Of a stretch of DNA of 37,304 nt, positions 1-13,245 are shown in pieces. Made by a program: the position numbers and the translations under genes. The first letter of the stretch is position 1. The number at the start of each line of letters is the position of its first letter. This DNA is from Octopus sinensis (lineage: Eukaryota). The notes beneath the pieces were generated by a model that had not been told where the DNA came from, did not search any database, and saw only the letters and a list, made by a program, of their open reading frames with translations. The stretch lies in the NCBI RefSeq assembly GCF_006345805.1, contig NW_021831695.1:1-37304 (forward strand). Reading direction: 5' to 3'.

Positions 1-1605
1 TTGTTGGGGCATCTTAGCACAAGCTGGCTCATAATAGGGGCTTGGAATTTTCCAGCATTAAATTGCTTGTTGTATTCTTCAGTCCATTTATATATGGCAT
101 TTGAGTGTTTCTATATAAGATAAGCTTCAAAAAGTTCCTCGACTCCTTGTACAAATTTTGTGTTGTGGGTATAGCTAGCAAATGTGACTGTCTGTTTAAC
201 TGATGGCATACCCGAAAAAGCTACCATAAACAACAGCGGCCCCAAGACAGATCTTTGAAGCACTCCACTCGCTATTACCATCCCTTTGGTGAGGGTCTTT
301 TTCACTGCTACAGCCTAGCTTCTCTCTTTTAAGAAGTCATTTAAACATTCTCCCAGTTTTCCGACCATACTGAGTCACCTTAGATTGTGACACATCACCC
401 CGTGATCAATCTTATCAAAGGCTTTTGCAAACTCGAGATGTATCACATCCACGTTTGAGCGATTTATTGCTTGTTTCAACATCCAGTCATAATGCTGCAA
501 AAGCGGAAGCCTAGCTGGATGTCAAGAGCAAGTTATTATTATCTTCTTGGAATGTAATCAGCTCCTTCTGACAATGCGTTCCATGACTTTGCTGACATGT
601 GAGGTTAGGGAGACAAGCCTATAATATTTAGCTTCCGTTCTGACATTTTTTTTTTTTCGATAGGATATATTATGCCTTCTTTTAACTTTCTGGGCAGTTT
701 TCTGTTTGCAAGAAAGCTTTGGAAGAGGATCTACAGTGGCCTTGCTATAGCTCCTTTGCATTTCTTTAGGGAGATCGCTAGGAATACATCCGGGCCAGTG
801 GCTGAATTTAAGCTCATTTCATCAATGGTTGATATTACATCAGTTTCCTCTATTTCGATCAAATCAATAATAGTCTCTTTGTGTAGAGGTGTAGTGCCGA
901 AGAACTTATCAGACATAGCTATTTGTAAGTGTCCCGACGGATTTGTGAAAACACTTTATTGCACATTCATTATTTCACTTATTCCCTGGTTATCTGCAGT
1001 CAGTGAGACATTTTCTTCGAACATTGGCTATATTTCGTACCGAACTGAAGCTAACTCATTTGTAAATCGGTAGACGGCTTTAAGGCTTGTCTTTACATTT
1101 TTCCAGTCCTGACTTCCCTTCTTTCCTTATCCTTTTCATGGACGTGTTCGAGTTTAGTTTCAATCTCAAGCAATGTTTCTTTGAGATAGGATTCTTCACT
1201 ATCCTTTAGTTGCTTATTCAAACAGTCTGAGATGTTTGCTCGTTTTCTCATAAGAATCTTCCTATCCTGGAGAATTATGTTTTTCTGTCGGTCTGAAATT
1301 TTTTCCGGAGCAACCTTAATGTATGTCATGCGCAATTGTCTTTAGGTTTTCTGCAGACCATACACTGTTAGTTCTATTAAGTTATGGTCCAAAAAAATGC
1401 TTGGTATCACCGTAACATTATAGATACGCGCCATGTTATTTTTGAGGAAGAGATCCAGAACATTTTTATTCCTTCTTGGGTAGAGCACTATTTGCTCCAT
1501 GAATAGAATGTGTGTTAGGTCAAGCAGAGACTCAAATTTTGGTCTCAGCATGTTTCCGTTAGTTGGATGTGTTTCCATTAGTGCCACATATATTGCTTGA
1601 TTACA
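1..1605 (-). mobile_element. Decayed CR1/L2-type non-LTR retrotransposon ORF2 fragment (APE endonuclease remnant plus RT), runs off the window start
   Basis: Colinear minus-strand motifs across frameshifts: VALMETH and LDLFLK..FLDHNLIEL (APE), SATGPD..LKKCK..IARPL, YRLVSLTSHVSKVMERIV, GVLQRSVLGPLLF, and KWTEEYNKQFNAGKFQ (RT). Many stops; most of the APE domain is deleted. Confidence 0.9.
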
Positions 1606-1689
1606 TATGTGTGTGTTTGTGTGTGTGTATGCGTGTGTGTATATATATGTGTGTGAGTGTGTATATATCTCTGTGTGTCTGTATTTATC

Positions 1690-1880
1690 CCCATTACCGC
1701 TTGACAACCGGTGTTAGTGTGTTTACGTCCTCATAACATAGAGGTTTGGCAAAAGAGAACGATAGAATAAGTACTAGGCTTAAAAAATAAATCGTGTGGG
1801 GGGTCGATTTCTTCACCTAAAATCCTTCAAAGCGGTACCCCAGCATGGCCGCTGCCAAATAACTGAAACAAATAACAATA
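1690..1880 (+). mobile_element. SINE family A, 3' half
   Basis: ccgcttgacaaccggtgttagtgtgtttacgtcc...ggggtcgattt...gcggtacc ccagcatggccgc matches the 3' half of the complete copy at 4936-5361. Confidence 0.85.
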
Positions 1881-1884
1881 TGAA

Positions 1885-2215
1885 AAGAATGTCCTCAAAG
1901 GCACCTCAGAACTTAAACCATTTTACCAACCAGCAGACTCACGAAATTATCCAGCATCACATTGTCGCCCATCATAGAAGAAAAGAAAACTGAGTTGGTA
2001 TGGCCATGTAACAAGATAAGCGGTCTTGCAATGACCATTCTTCAGGGCATCACAGATAAGAGCAGAAAACATGCCAAGGTTAAGTAAGAGAGCTAGGTGT
2101 GCGGACAGCATCAAGCAATGGACTGGCAAGACATTAACAGTGACCCGACGTTAAGCCTGGTCAACTCCTATGGAGAAGATTGATGTACAATATTCCAGAA
2201 GGACGCATCTGTGAT
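1885..2215 (+). mobile_element. RTE-clade LINE 3' fragment (C-terminal RT/thumb region), degenerate
   Basis: Frameshifted translation gives RKLSWYGHVTR*..LAMTILQGIT..DSIKQWTG, resembling the RTE motif RKL.WFGHV.R..KTILQG..W.DNIKEWTG. Confidence 0.7.
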
Positions 2216-2439
2216 ACCATCGAACGTTCAAACCTATAGGTGTATGTGTGAGTGTGTGTGTGCGTGTGTATTGATGTCTGGTTGACTGTATATTTTTGTA
2301 CGTTTATATGTATGGATGTGTGTATGTATGTATGTATTATATATTTGTGTGTATGTATGTATGTATGTATGTGTGTGTATGTATGTATGTGGATTCATGT
2401 ACACACATACACAGAAACCCAAAGTGTTCTTCTGATTTG

Positions 2440-3135
2440 CTAAAAATGCATAAGGTCGCTGTTTCATCTGTTGGACCTTTGATAGAGAAAGACTACACTC
2501 TGTATTGTGGTACAGAAGAAATGGCTGAGATTTTGCAGGAGCAATCCTCTCCATTTTCAGCAATCGCAAAATAGTTAATCCTGAGAGCATCGGTGAAACA
2601 AATCCCAAGCACACTCTATCCAATATCTCATGTGGCTCCTTGGATATCACAGTAACTATTAAAAAATATATATGTAACTGAGCATGTTCCCCTTTAGAGA
2701 TCCGAACACAACTGGTAGTACTTTTCGTTATTTTCTGGAGGAAAACACTTGACGCTGGTTATATTCCCGATAACAGTTTTCACAAAGGGCAACAACTCGG
2801 GTGCAGTGAATTACCGACCGACCTTCTTAGCATCTCATACCATCAAATTATTTGAGAAATCGGTGAGGTCTCGTGTAACTCGCTTCCTGGGAAGTATCGA
2901 TCTACTTATTCTCAACCGAGATGGTTTCCGCAATAACAGGGACTGCCTATCACTGCGCCTGCATTACTTTGCTGACATCTTAAAGGTTCTGGGAGAAGGT
3001 GCCAAAGTAGATACCATCATGACTTCAGCAAGGCCTTCGACAATGTTGACCACAGGGTCCTATAGAAGAAACTATCCAACTTTGGTGTCCGAGGGAAACT
3101 CTGAATGTTTTCTGGTGATTGAGAAACAATCCTCT
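2440..3135 (+). mobile_element. Decayed CR1-like LINE RT fragment
   Basis: VGPLI..EEMAEILQEQ, NYRPTFLASHTIKLFEK, DGFRNNRDCLS and KVDTI followed by a frameshifted DFSKAFDNVDH. Confidence 0.85.
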
Positions 3136-3698
3136 TACCATAAAGCCATGCCTGCGCTTATGAACAGATTTTATTAATAAACATACAGTTTAGTTTCATT
3201 ATAGAAAGTAATTACGCAACTGTGTTTATGTCCATGTGAGCAAAAAAGGTAAGAAAATGATTACGTTGTGAGATATTCAACGTAGAAAGAATAGCCATCT
3301 TTTGTCCACCAAAAGATTATTATCATCTAGTTATTTATTGTTACTACAAAATCTGTTAGATCTAAACTAGTCTGTCTAATTTGCAGCCCCTGCGCTGACA
3401 ATGTGGTTCCACACAGCCCCAACACTTGCTTTTTATTTGTTTATTTTTTTATAATGTATATCTGTTTTCTATAAACATATAATTTAGCCTCGATCTCGTT
3501 AGTAAACAATGTGGTTTTGCATCTTGCGCCGTATTGAAATTATGTGGAAAGCATGTACGTGCAATCTCTCTTCTCTCTCTCTCTTTCTCTCTCCCTCTCT
3601 CCCATGTTTTTCCAAACACGCACATACATGTACTTACATACTTAAATACGTATACATAAATACATACATATACATATAATTATATACTTATATATATG

Positions 3699-3735
<37 letters not shown>

Positions 3736-3781
3736 ATATGTATATATATATATTTTACTAACATATATATGTGCATATATG

Positions 3782-3833
<52 letters not shown>

Positions 3834-4533
3834 CATACATATACGTATAATATACACACACACACACACCCCAACATATATAATATAGCGAGTGTGTGTG
3901 TGTGTTGTACAGACTAACCCACAAGAAAAAGGAAATTTAAAAATTCGTGACTATTAAAACAGAGGTGTAAAGAAAAAAACACTATATAAAATATATAATC
4001 ACAGTAAATAAATTTAATAAAGGATAATGTTGGAGGAGGGGTCTGGTTTGTCGAGAAAGCCTGCTGTTCACCGGTTACCATGCCATCTGTGCCGGAAAAA
4101 AAAATGGTATCAGCCCTGGCGCGTTTTTTATCAGCCCAGCTGCTTCTATCAAGCAAGCCCCACATGTATATTATTCCTGAAGCCCGTTTTCATAACATCC
4201 ATGAATGCAAACCACTATAGCCAAGATTACCACAAGCTACCTCTAAGCGTAACCACCAAAACTGCAACTGTTACCATAAGTTCGTCAGATCCATCACCGC
4301 CACCACCACCACCACCACCAACAACAAAACAACAACACCAACAACAGCAACAACAACAACTTCACCACTGCCGGAGCCGCCACCGCAATCACTACTGCCA
4401 CTACCCACTACTTAGACAAGCACCGCCGCCAAAACCACCCAAAATTACAACGTCGTTGTCAATATTACTGTTGAAACAATCATCGCGGGGAGACCATCTT
4501 GCATGTATATATGTATATATGTATGCATGCTTT

Positions 4534-4583
<50 letters not shown>

Positions 4584-4935
4584 CGTTTGTGCCTTTGTGT
4601 GTGTGTGTGCGTGCATGTGTGTGCGTGTGCGTGTGCGTGTGTGCGTGCGTGTGTGTGTTTTTTCTCTCTTATTCGTTTCAATGTTAAGAGTACGGTCATG
4701 CTGGGGCACCGCCTTGAAGTTTTTTCAGTCGGATGAATTGACTCTGATAATTGATTTTCTAAAATTCTGGTACTTATTCTATACAACCCTTTTGTTGAAC
4801 AGCTAATGTTACATCAGATGTAAACACACCAACAGCGGTTGTCAAGCGGTGGTGAGGAACACACAGAAAGACACACACTTAAATGTATGTGTGTGGGGTG
4901 GTTAGGTAATTAGTAAGTTATATATATATATACCA

Positions 4936-5361
4936 GGCGCAGGAGTGACTGTGTGGTAAGTAGCTTGCTTACCAACCATATGGTTCCGGGTTCAGTCCCA
5001 CTGCCTGGCCCCTTGGGCAAGTGTCACAAAGCCTTGTGGGTGGATTTGGTAGACGGAAACTGAAAGAAGCCCGTCGTTTATATGTATATGTATATTTATG
5101 TGTGTGTGTATTTGTGTGTGTGTGTATTGTGTGTGTGTGTATTTGTGTGTCTGTGTTTGTGTTCTCCCCCCCCCCCCAACATCGCTTGACAAACGATGCT
5201 GGTGTGTTTATGTCCCCGTAACTTACCGGTTCGGCAAAAGACACCGATAAAATAAGTACTAGGCGTACAAAGAATAAGTCCTGGGGTCGATTTCCTCGAC
5301 TAAAGGCGGTGCTCCAGCTTGGCCGTAGTCAAATGACTGAAACAAATAAGAGAATAAAAGA
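4936..5361 (+). mobile_element. Full-length tRNA-derived SINE family A (head, internal (TA)/(TG) tract, conserved tail)
   Basis: A-box-like TGACTGTGTGG and B-box-like GGTTCAGTCCC, an internal microsatellite, and a tail ending aaatgactgaaacaaataagagaataaaagag. Many partial copies occur elsewhere in the window. Confidence 0.92.
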
Positions 5362-5715
5362 GTACTATATATATGCACACACACACATATATATATATAC
5401 AAATGAAAGGAAGAAGACAAAGAAAATTCTTTAACACATCTTTAATGATTCGTTACAATTGATTCTGTACCAACTCTACTGATAACGCCAGTTTACGTAA
5501 AACTTCTAATGAAAGTTTACGTAACGTTTGCACTTTTAGATATTCGAGAGGCACTTCGTCAAACTTACATCAAAGATGTGTTGTCACATTACGCGTCTTC
5601 CAGACCTTTTTTTGTGGTGGTGGGCTTATATCGTGAGAAAAAAAAACAGGAAAAGATCAGTGAAAGGTTGAGTAATTGGGTGGGGAATTAAGAGGAATGA
5701 TACACAAAAGAAGAT

Positions 5716-6041
5716 GAAGGAAAAGGAGAAGGAGGAAGCGGAAAAACGAGAAGACGAAAGTGAAGGAGGAAGAGGGGGAAGAAGTAGAAGAAGAAGAAGA
5801 AGAACAAGAAGAAGAAGAAGAACAAGAAGAAGAAGAAGAGGAGGAGGAGGAGGAGGAGGAGAAGAAGAAGAAGAACAAGGAGGAGGAGGAGGAGGAGAAG
5901 AAGAAGAACAAGAAGAAGAAGAAGGAGGAGGAGGAGAAGAAGAAGAAGAAGAAGAAGGAGGAGGAGGAGGGGAGGAGGAGGAGGAGAAGAAGAAGAAGAA
6001 GAAGAAGAAGAAGAAGAAGAAGAAGAAGAAGAAGAAGAAGA
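5716..6041 (+). repeat. Compound purine trinucleotide microsatellite (GAA/GAG/AAG)n
   Basis: Directly visible; it produces the poly-E/K/R and poly-F/S/L ORFs in the track. Confidence 0.97.
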
Positions 6042-6354
6042 ACATAGCAAATCGATTTATCTTGGCGTATGCTTGTTGTCGGTCAATGCAAACAGTTCCA
6101 CTGCTACCGAAATTTGTCTGATGGGTGAAAATTTATTTCACCACCAGACGCTATTCACCGGCAACAATTCAAAGTGAAAGAAAAGAACATTAAATAGATA
6201 AGTTAACAATTACTCATTAATCAAATAAACTTGCTTGAGCAATAATGAAGATATTTATGATGTTGGTGGTGGAGGAGTAGAGTGGTCAGTGGTAGGGTAG
6301 CATAAATTATTAATTTAGGAGAATTATAAACTATGGGTTCTGAGAAATTTCCAA

Positions 6355-6900
6355 TCTAGAGATGCCTACACCATCATCCTTCTCTACTCTACTTTGAATA
6401 CTGTATCCAATTGTGGTTCCCCATACGGAACAACTTATGAAAGTAGAAGCATTCCAGTGGTCAATAACAAAAAAGATAGACGGCATGAAAGGCATTAATT
6501 TTTGGGATCAACTAAAACATTCAATCTCTAGTCTCTCCAACACCGCCGGGAGCCCTACATCATTTGTGTTATGTGGAAAATATTCCATAAATAATGCACA
6601 AATGATGTTGGCATCAATTTTAAAATCCATCCAAGACTTGGTTCCCGTTATCCGCTCACTACAAAAATCGAACTCGGTACACATAGCAACATTACATCAC
6701 AATTACTTTACCTCAACCGGCCCAAATCTCTGTAATACCTTACCAAAATATGTCAAAACGGAAACGGATCCCATAAAATTGAAATGTTCACTGGACAAAT
6801 TTCTTCAAAAAATCCCGGACCAACTTCCTACACCTGGATATATCTCCAACAATAATAACTATGGTGCTATTAAGTTAGATATGGCTTGGGCCTATAATGG
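6355..6900 (+). mobile_element. CR1-like LINE 3' end (post-RT C-terminal region), degenerate
   Basis: EYCIQLW.P..KVEAFQWSITKKIDGMKGINFWDQLK and GPNLCNTLPKYVK..KCSLDKFLQKIPDQ resemble typical CR1 ORF2 C-termini. Confidence 0.85.
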
Positions 6901-7044
6901 CCGCAACCTATCAAAGTTATAACATGTATAGTTAAATAAACTGTAAAGACGGAGAAATACTTAGTGATGCATAGGTATACATACACCCATACACAAACAC
7001 GCATACATGCACCCACGAACACCCCCCCCCCACACACACACATA

Positions 7045-7575
7045 CAGGGTATCCCAAAAGTCAATGATGGTTTCAATTTTCAATAACTTCCTTAACTTTT
7101 CAAATAAATACATAAAATTTTGGTACAATATCAAGGACACAATGGAAATTAATATGCATAAATCAAATTTTGCAACACCACCATATTACATATGAAAAAT
7201 GACATCGCTTAAATGGTAACCATTTTCAGCTTCGCACGCCTGTACTCTTTCCAAAACTTGCACTATAATACCCTCAAGAGTTTCAGGACCCACTTTTCTG
7301 ATTTCACTGTTGATGTTCTCCTTCAGTTGCACCAGTGTCTCCGGTTTGTTGACGTAAACCTTCCTTTTCAGGTATCCCAATAAGAAAAACTCCGGCAAGT
7401 CTAGTCTGGGGAATGTGAAGGCCATTCAAAGTAGACCTCACGCATGGTTTCAGCAAGATGGGGCAACAGCTCATACCGCAAGAGAAACAATGCAGATGCT
7501 ATGGCAGTGCTTTGGATAGAGAATAATCACCTGCTACGGCAATGTCACCTGGCCTTCACATTTCCCAGATTTGTA
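7045..7575 (-). mobile_element. Tc1/mariner-superfamily transposon fragment with TIR and internal inversion
   Basis: TA then CAGGGTATCCCAAAA TIR at 7043-7059. The minus strand encodes FFLLGYLKRKVYVNKPETL..ENGYHLSDVIF; the plus strand at about 7440-7570 encodes WFQQDGATAHTA..TWPSHFPD. Confidence 0.88.
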
Positions 7576-7693
7576 TATACATATACATAAACACATACAT
7601 ATACATACGTCCATTTGTATCGCGCATGTATACATATATATGCTCATGAGGGAGAATGAGGGTGGGTGTAGTTAGGGTGAATATGATTAGGGT

Positions 7694-7858
7694 GATACGA
7701 CGGGCTTCTTTCACTTTTTGCCTGTTACCACTTACAAGGATTTGGTCGGCCCGACGTTGGAGTAGAAGACTCTTGATCAAGCTGCCACACAATGGAACTG
7801 AACCCGAAACCATGTGGTTGGGAAGCATACGTCTTACCACACAGCCACGCCTGCGCCT
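7694..7858 (-). mobile_element. SINE family A head
   Basis: Reverse complement of ggcgcaggcgtggctgtgtggtaag...ttcgggttcagttcc. Confidence 0.85.
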
Positions 7859-7903
7859 AAATATGCACACACACACACACACACACACTGACATACATAC
7901 ACA

Positions 7904-7951
<48 letters not shown>

Positions 7952-8384
7952 ACACGCACTTACACATGCGAATATATATTGAAATGTGAGTGTAGGACAA
8001 AAGCTCCTCGGATAAAAACCCCATAATTAAAGTGTGAAAGAGGACAAAATCCTCTTGGTTATATCTTCCGGTTATATTTTCCTTTTTTTCATTTTTACTT
8101 GTTTCAGTTATTAGACTGTGGCCATGCAGTGGCCCCACCTTGAAGAATTTTTAGTCGAATGTATCGACGCCAGATGTTTTTTTCCATTTTACTCGCTGCA
8201 GTTATTAAACTGCGACCATGCTGGCGTACCAAATCGAAAAATTTTTAGACGGCTGTATGGAACCAATATTATTATTTTTTTTTTAACCCTGGTCAAAAAC
8301 ACCTCTGTGATATATTTCGTTTTTCTTTATTTTCCTTTGCACTTCTCAAATCCCTAGACTGCAACTATGCTAGGGGACTAGCTT

Positions 8385-8567
8385 GAATAAGTCCTGGGGT
8401 CGATTTGCTCGACTAAAGGCGGTGCTCCAGTATGGCCGCAGTCAAATGACTGAAACATCACAAGGCTTTGGTCGGTCCGAGGCTATAGTAGAAGACACTT
8501 GCTCAAGGTGCCACGTAGTGTGTATTATTATTTGATAATTCCCAAGTATATAAATCTATCTATCAAT

Positions 8568-8631
<64 letters not shown>

Positions 8632-8815
8632 ATATATATATATATATATATATATGGAAATCGATTTCACCCTTGTGTAAAAACTGAGATTGTGAGTCGT
8701 TTTGACAGCTATCTTTAGCATTCTGATGCGTGGCATCTTGGGCAAGTGTCTTCTACTATAGCCTCGGGCCCACCAAAGCCTTGTGAGTGGATTTGGTAGA
8801 CTGAAAGAAGTCCGT

Positions 8816-8820
<5 letters not shown>
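8385..8820. mobile_element. Cluster of SINE A fragments in both orientations around an (ATCT)n/(TA)n tract
   Basis: Tail on plus (about 8385-8457), head piece on minus (8461-8520), head piece on plus (about 8725-8818). Confidence 0.8.
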
Positions 8821-8861
<41 letters not shown>

Positions 8862-8864
<3 letters not shown>

Positions 8865-9146
8865 CACGTGATCAGATGTTGCTACACATCGCTGGTCACA
8901 ATGCGTTCGCATTGTTTTAGCCTTCGAATGACGCCACCCCGCTGGCTAAGCGAGCAGGCCAACAGAAGAAAGAGTGAGAGAAAGTGTGGTGAAAGAGTAC
9001 AGCAGGGATCACCACCCCCTGCCGGAGCCTCGTGGAGCCTTGTGGGTGTTTTCGCTCAATAAACACACACAACGCCCGGTCTGGGAATCGAAACCGCGAT
9101 CCTACGACCGCGAGTCCGCTGCCCTAACCACTGGGCCATTGCGCCT

Positions 9147-9148
<2 letters not shown>
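8862..9148 (-). mobile_element. Full-length tRNA-derived SINE family B
   Basis: Minus strand begins ggaggcgcaatggcccagtggttagggcagcggactcgcggtcgtaggatcgcggtttcgattccc (tRNA-like head with A and B boxes) and ends at a (TA)n tract. Confidence 0.92.
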
Positions 9149-9218
<70 letters not shown>

Positions 9219-9683
9219 TTATATATATGTGTGTGTGTGTGTGTTTGTGTCTGTGTTTGTCCTCTCACCATAGCTTGACAACCGATGCTGGTGTGTTTAC
9301 CTTTCCGTAAATTAGCGGTTCGGAAAAAGGGAACGATAGAATAAGTCAAATGGCCGCGGTCAAATGACTGGAACAAGTAAAAGAATAAAAGACTGGAAAA
9401 ACTGGATGGTCACAGCTTGAATAACTTCGATAACAAGTTTTTTGATCGGCTCTAACCTGGGGTTTAACAACGACAGCAACAAGACCCCCTCCGTTCACAG
9501 CAGTCACATCAACTATAACCAATAAAAATTTTATTCCTCATCTCCTTCTGGCCCTGTGCCCGAAACTGTGAGGGGCGGGGTCAGACGATTACATTGACCA
9601 CAGTCAATGAAATAATGAAAGCGAAGTCGACCTCGGCGGAATTTGAATTCAGAACGTATAGACTGACGAAATGTCAGCAACAT

Positions 9684-9850
9684 TAGGCACAGGTGTAGCT
9701 GTGTGGTAAGAAGTTTGCTTCTCAACCACATGGTTCCGGGTTCAGTCCCACTGCGTGTCACCTTGGGCAAAGTCTCTTACGATGGCTTCGGACCGACCAA
9801 ATCCTTGTGTGTGTATTTGGTAGACGGAAACTGAAAGAAACTCGTCGTAT
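9684..9850 (+). mobile_element. SINE family A head, abutting a minus-strand SINE C fragment (about 9585-9680)
   Basis: gtgtggtaag...ggttccgggttcagtcccactgcg matches the copy at 4936. Confidence 0.85.
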
Positions 9851-11894
9851 ATATATATATAGATATAGTTGTGTTATATTTAGGAACGTGGTAGGGTACA
9901 CTATATAGCTCATCCACCTTCAGAATTACCCAATAGCATCGGTAGTATTATTATATACTTCTTAGTTTAAAATTTGGACATTCGTCGTGTGTGAATATAA
10001 AATTGAAGATTTTGGAGTCAAGAAGGAGTACTGTTGGACATATGTTTTTTATTCGCTATAATTGTTTCAACGCAACGTAGTTCTCCAAGAATACAGGTAT
10101 TTGATTATGCAATTGTTTGTTTGCATAATGAGATCTAGTTGTTTCCTCAGGCGATATACGAGTGTTGTCTGCGTTAGTTTAAAATCCTCGACTTCAAGGC
10201 CATCTCCTCTGTTGTGGTTTGAATTTAGTAGCGGCTGAAAGACCCATCCGTGCGTGCCGTGAGAGCACGTTTGTCGGACTGCTATGAATGGTAGTAGATA
10301 GTACAGGTTGGCATTTAGTAGGATTCGTCTTCTATTAGGTTTTATTTCAGATTCGTTCTTCATGGTTGGCTGCACATATGAATTTCTTAATCTGACCATT
10401 AGTATTAATTGGTCGGATACATACTCACACAGAGGTTCACACATACACTCTCACTCACAAACTTATTTATATATGCCCACATATCTGCACTCACATACGC
10501 ATACATTCCCGTAAGTACGCGTATATACATACCTATATTTAGACAACTGTATATACATACATGTATGCAGATATATGCATACATACAAAAGTCGAAGAAA
10601 GGAAAATCGCCAACGGTCCACGTGTGGTTACATTTCTAGGATTTAGTCAAACTTATTCGCAAAATATGCATTTTTCAAAAGGAAGCAAAAAGCTGAAAGT
10701 CGGCTATAATGATGTAGTTTTCCAGTTTTATTGCTATGAAGGTATGATGTTGAGAGAAAAATATGGAGGAAAATGTTACAGGGGTTTAAAAATCGAAAAC
10801 ACTCATAATTCACCTTGATAATGCCAAGAAACTGTATAAACATCGAAAACAACTTTTGCTATATATGAAAAATATATAAAATATCATGACAGTCGACGAA
10901 AAATATCTATAATAATATTATACTTGATAAATATAAATATTTATTAAAGCAAAGCACGCGGGTGAAGTACATCTTGTGATGTGAAGAATCAACACAACAT
11001 GCGGGTGAAGTGAAACACAACACAAAGTGCAGTTGTCATGGTAAGCCTCGCTGTCAGTTGATTGGTTAAAATTACCCAAATTTCCCAACTCTAATTCCAA
11101 TCAAAATTCAGAATTGCATCGACACACCAAAATTGAAAGCAATCTGAGCAAAATTAAAGGTGGCTCGTTTTGCGAATGAAATTAACTAGATCCCATTTCT
11201 GAAGTGACCGGAAGTGGAAGGAGATATAGAAAGTGCATTTGGGGGACAGAAGAATATGTGTGTGTGTGTGTTTTGTGCTTGTGTTTGTGTCTCCGTAACT
11301 GAGCGGTTTGTCAAAAGAAACCGATTGAATCAGTATCAGACTTGAATTCATTTGACAGAAAAAAGAAAAAAAAATTCAAGGCGGTGCTCCAGCATGGCCG
11401 CATTCAAATGACAAACAAATGAAAGACAAAATATACACACTACCGCTTATTGCTAGCACTACAACTACACCTTTCATCTTCATACTACAGTTTCTACTAC
11501 CAGCGCTACTGCCTAAACAGTTCCTTGTACTACACTCATCATTGCTTCTGCAACGTTACCCTCAAGCTGAGAACTTGACGGTAACCATTACTCACCACTA
11601 CCACCGCAACAACCACCGGATACCATCATCATCTTTACTAATAAAAAATTCCACTATTACCCACCCCACTACGCAATTATAGACGCCCCCACCACTACCA
11701 CTTCCTCCAGCATCAACAACAACACTACCCGAGTCACTACCACCACCACCACTACTACCGTCATCACCACTACCATCATCTCCCACACCACCACTACCAC
11801 TACCATCATCACCGACATTACCATCACTATCATCACTACCACCACCGTCACCACCGCTGTCACAACCACTGCTACTACCACCACTACTATCACT

Positions 11895-12370
11895 ACCAAC
11901 AACACCGCCACTACCACCGCCGCCACCACAACTATCACAGCCACTATCATCACCACTACTACCACTACTATCACAACCAACAACACCGCCACTACCACCG
12001 ACGCCACCACAACTATCACAGCCACTATCATCACCACTGCTACCACTACCACTACCAACAACACCGCCACTACCACCGACGCCACCACAACTATCACAGC
12101 CACTATCATCACCACTACTACCACTACCACTACCAACAACACCGCCACTACCACCGACGCCACCACAACTATCACAGCCACTATCATCACCGCTACTACC
12201 ACTACCACTACCAACAACACCGCCACTACCACCGCCGCCACCACCACCACTATCACAACAACTATCATCACCGCTACTACTACCACCGCTATCACTACCA
12301 ATAACACCGCCACCATCGCCACCACTATCACAACCACTATCATCACCACTACTACTCCCACCACTACCAA
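11895..12370. repeat. Minisatellite of 78-87 bp units built from CAC/TAC/AAC triplets
   Basis: The anchor accaacaacaccgcc recurs at 11895, 11976, 12054, 12132, 12210 and (variant) 12297. Confidence 0.9.
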
Positions 12371-12921
12371 CATTACCCCTACAACAACACCGCCACTACC
12401 ACCACCACCAGTACAACTACCACCACTACAAACACCAACGCCACCCCGCTATCACATCCGTTGAAACCACCACCACCACCACCACCACCACCACCACCAC
12501 CACCACCACTTGTGACAAAAGAATCAGACAAGTTCAACTCGTTAACGCTCTCCAGTCCTTGTATAGTTTAATTCTTCACTTTATGTTCCCTTCATTCCAC
12601 TCCATTAGTTAAGAAAATTTGATTGCTTTATTCCATTCTTTATCATTTTCCTTCTTTTCATTCTTTATTTCCCTCTTCCTCCCCCTTCCTCCTTTCTCCC
12701 TCTCTCTGTCCTTGTCTTCCCACTCACATATTCCTCTCTCTCTCTCTCGCTCTCGCTCTCTTTCCTGCTCTCTTTTAGTCGATGTGTCTTGTGTGTTTCT
12801 CTCTCTTCTCTGTTTATTGTATTCGCTTTTTAATTGTGTAAAAGCAAAGAATCTGTTTATTCACAGCTGTGTTATATACGAGCGTTAATACACACACACA
12901 CACACACACACACCACACACA

Positions 12922-12979
<58 letters not shown>

Positions 12980-13126
12980 GCACACACAAGCACACACAAA
13001 CATGCACATATATACGCACACACAAACACACATAAATACGTGTTCGCGCCCATGTGTATGGTTCTGTAAATGTGTGCGTGTATACATTTATGTATGTCTT
13101 AATATACAATACATACATGTATCTGA

Positions 13127-13162
<36 letters not shown>

Positions 13163-13202
13163 ACACCACATATATATGTGCATAATATATATATATATAA
13201 TA

Positions 13203-13245
<43 letters not shown>

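Noticed and set aside
4027-4806. 259-aa ORF with poly-P, poly-Q and CV runs
   Set aside because: A read-through of CAC/CAA and (TG)n repeats with no domain content.
5540-5632. Possible plus-strand internal exon (ttttag|...|GTGAGA; DIREALRQTYIKDVLSHY)
   Set aside because: All three frames are open, no family is recognised and there is no partner exon; a minus-strand donor is equally plausible.
5626-6121. Poly-E/K/R and poly-F/S/L ORFs
   Set aside because: These are translations of the purine triplet microsatellite.
10067-10444. 125-aa minus-strand ORF in non-repetitive-looking sequence
   Set aside because: No recognisable motif and no convincing splice context. It starts in a microsatellite-like tract and its length is within chance expectation.
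11669-12373. 234-aa Val-rich 'membrane protein' ORF
   Set aside because: It is the antisense reading of the triplet-based minisatellite.
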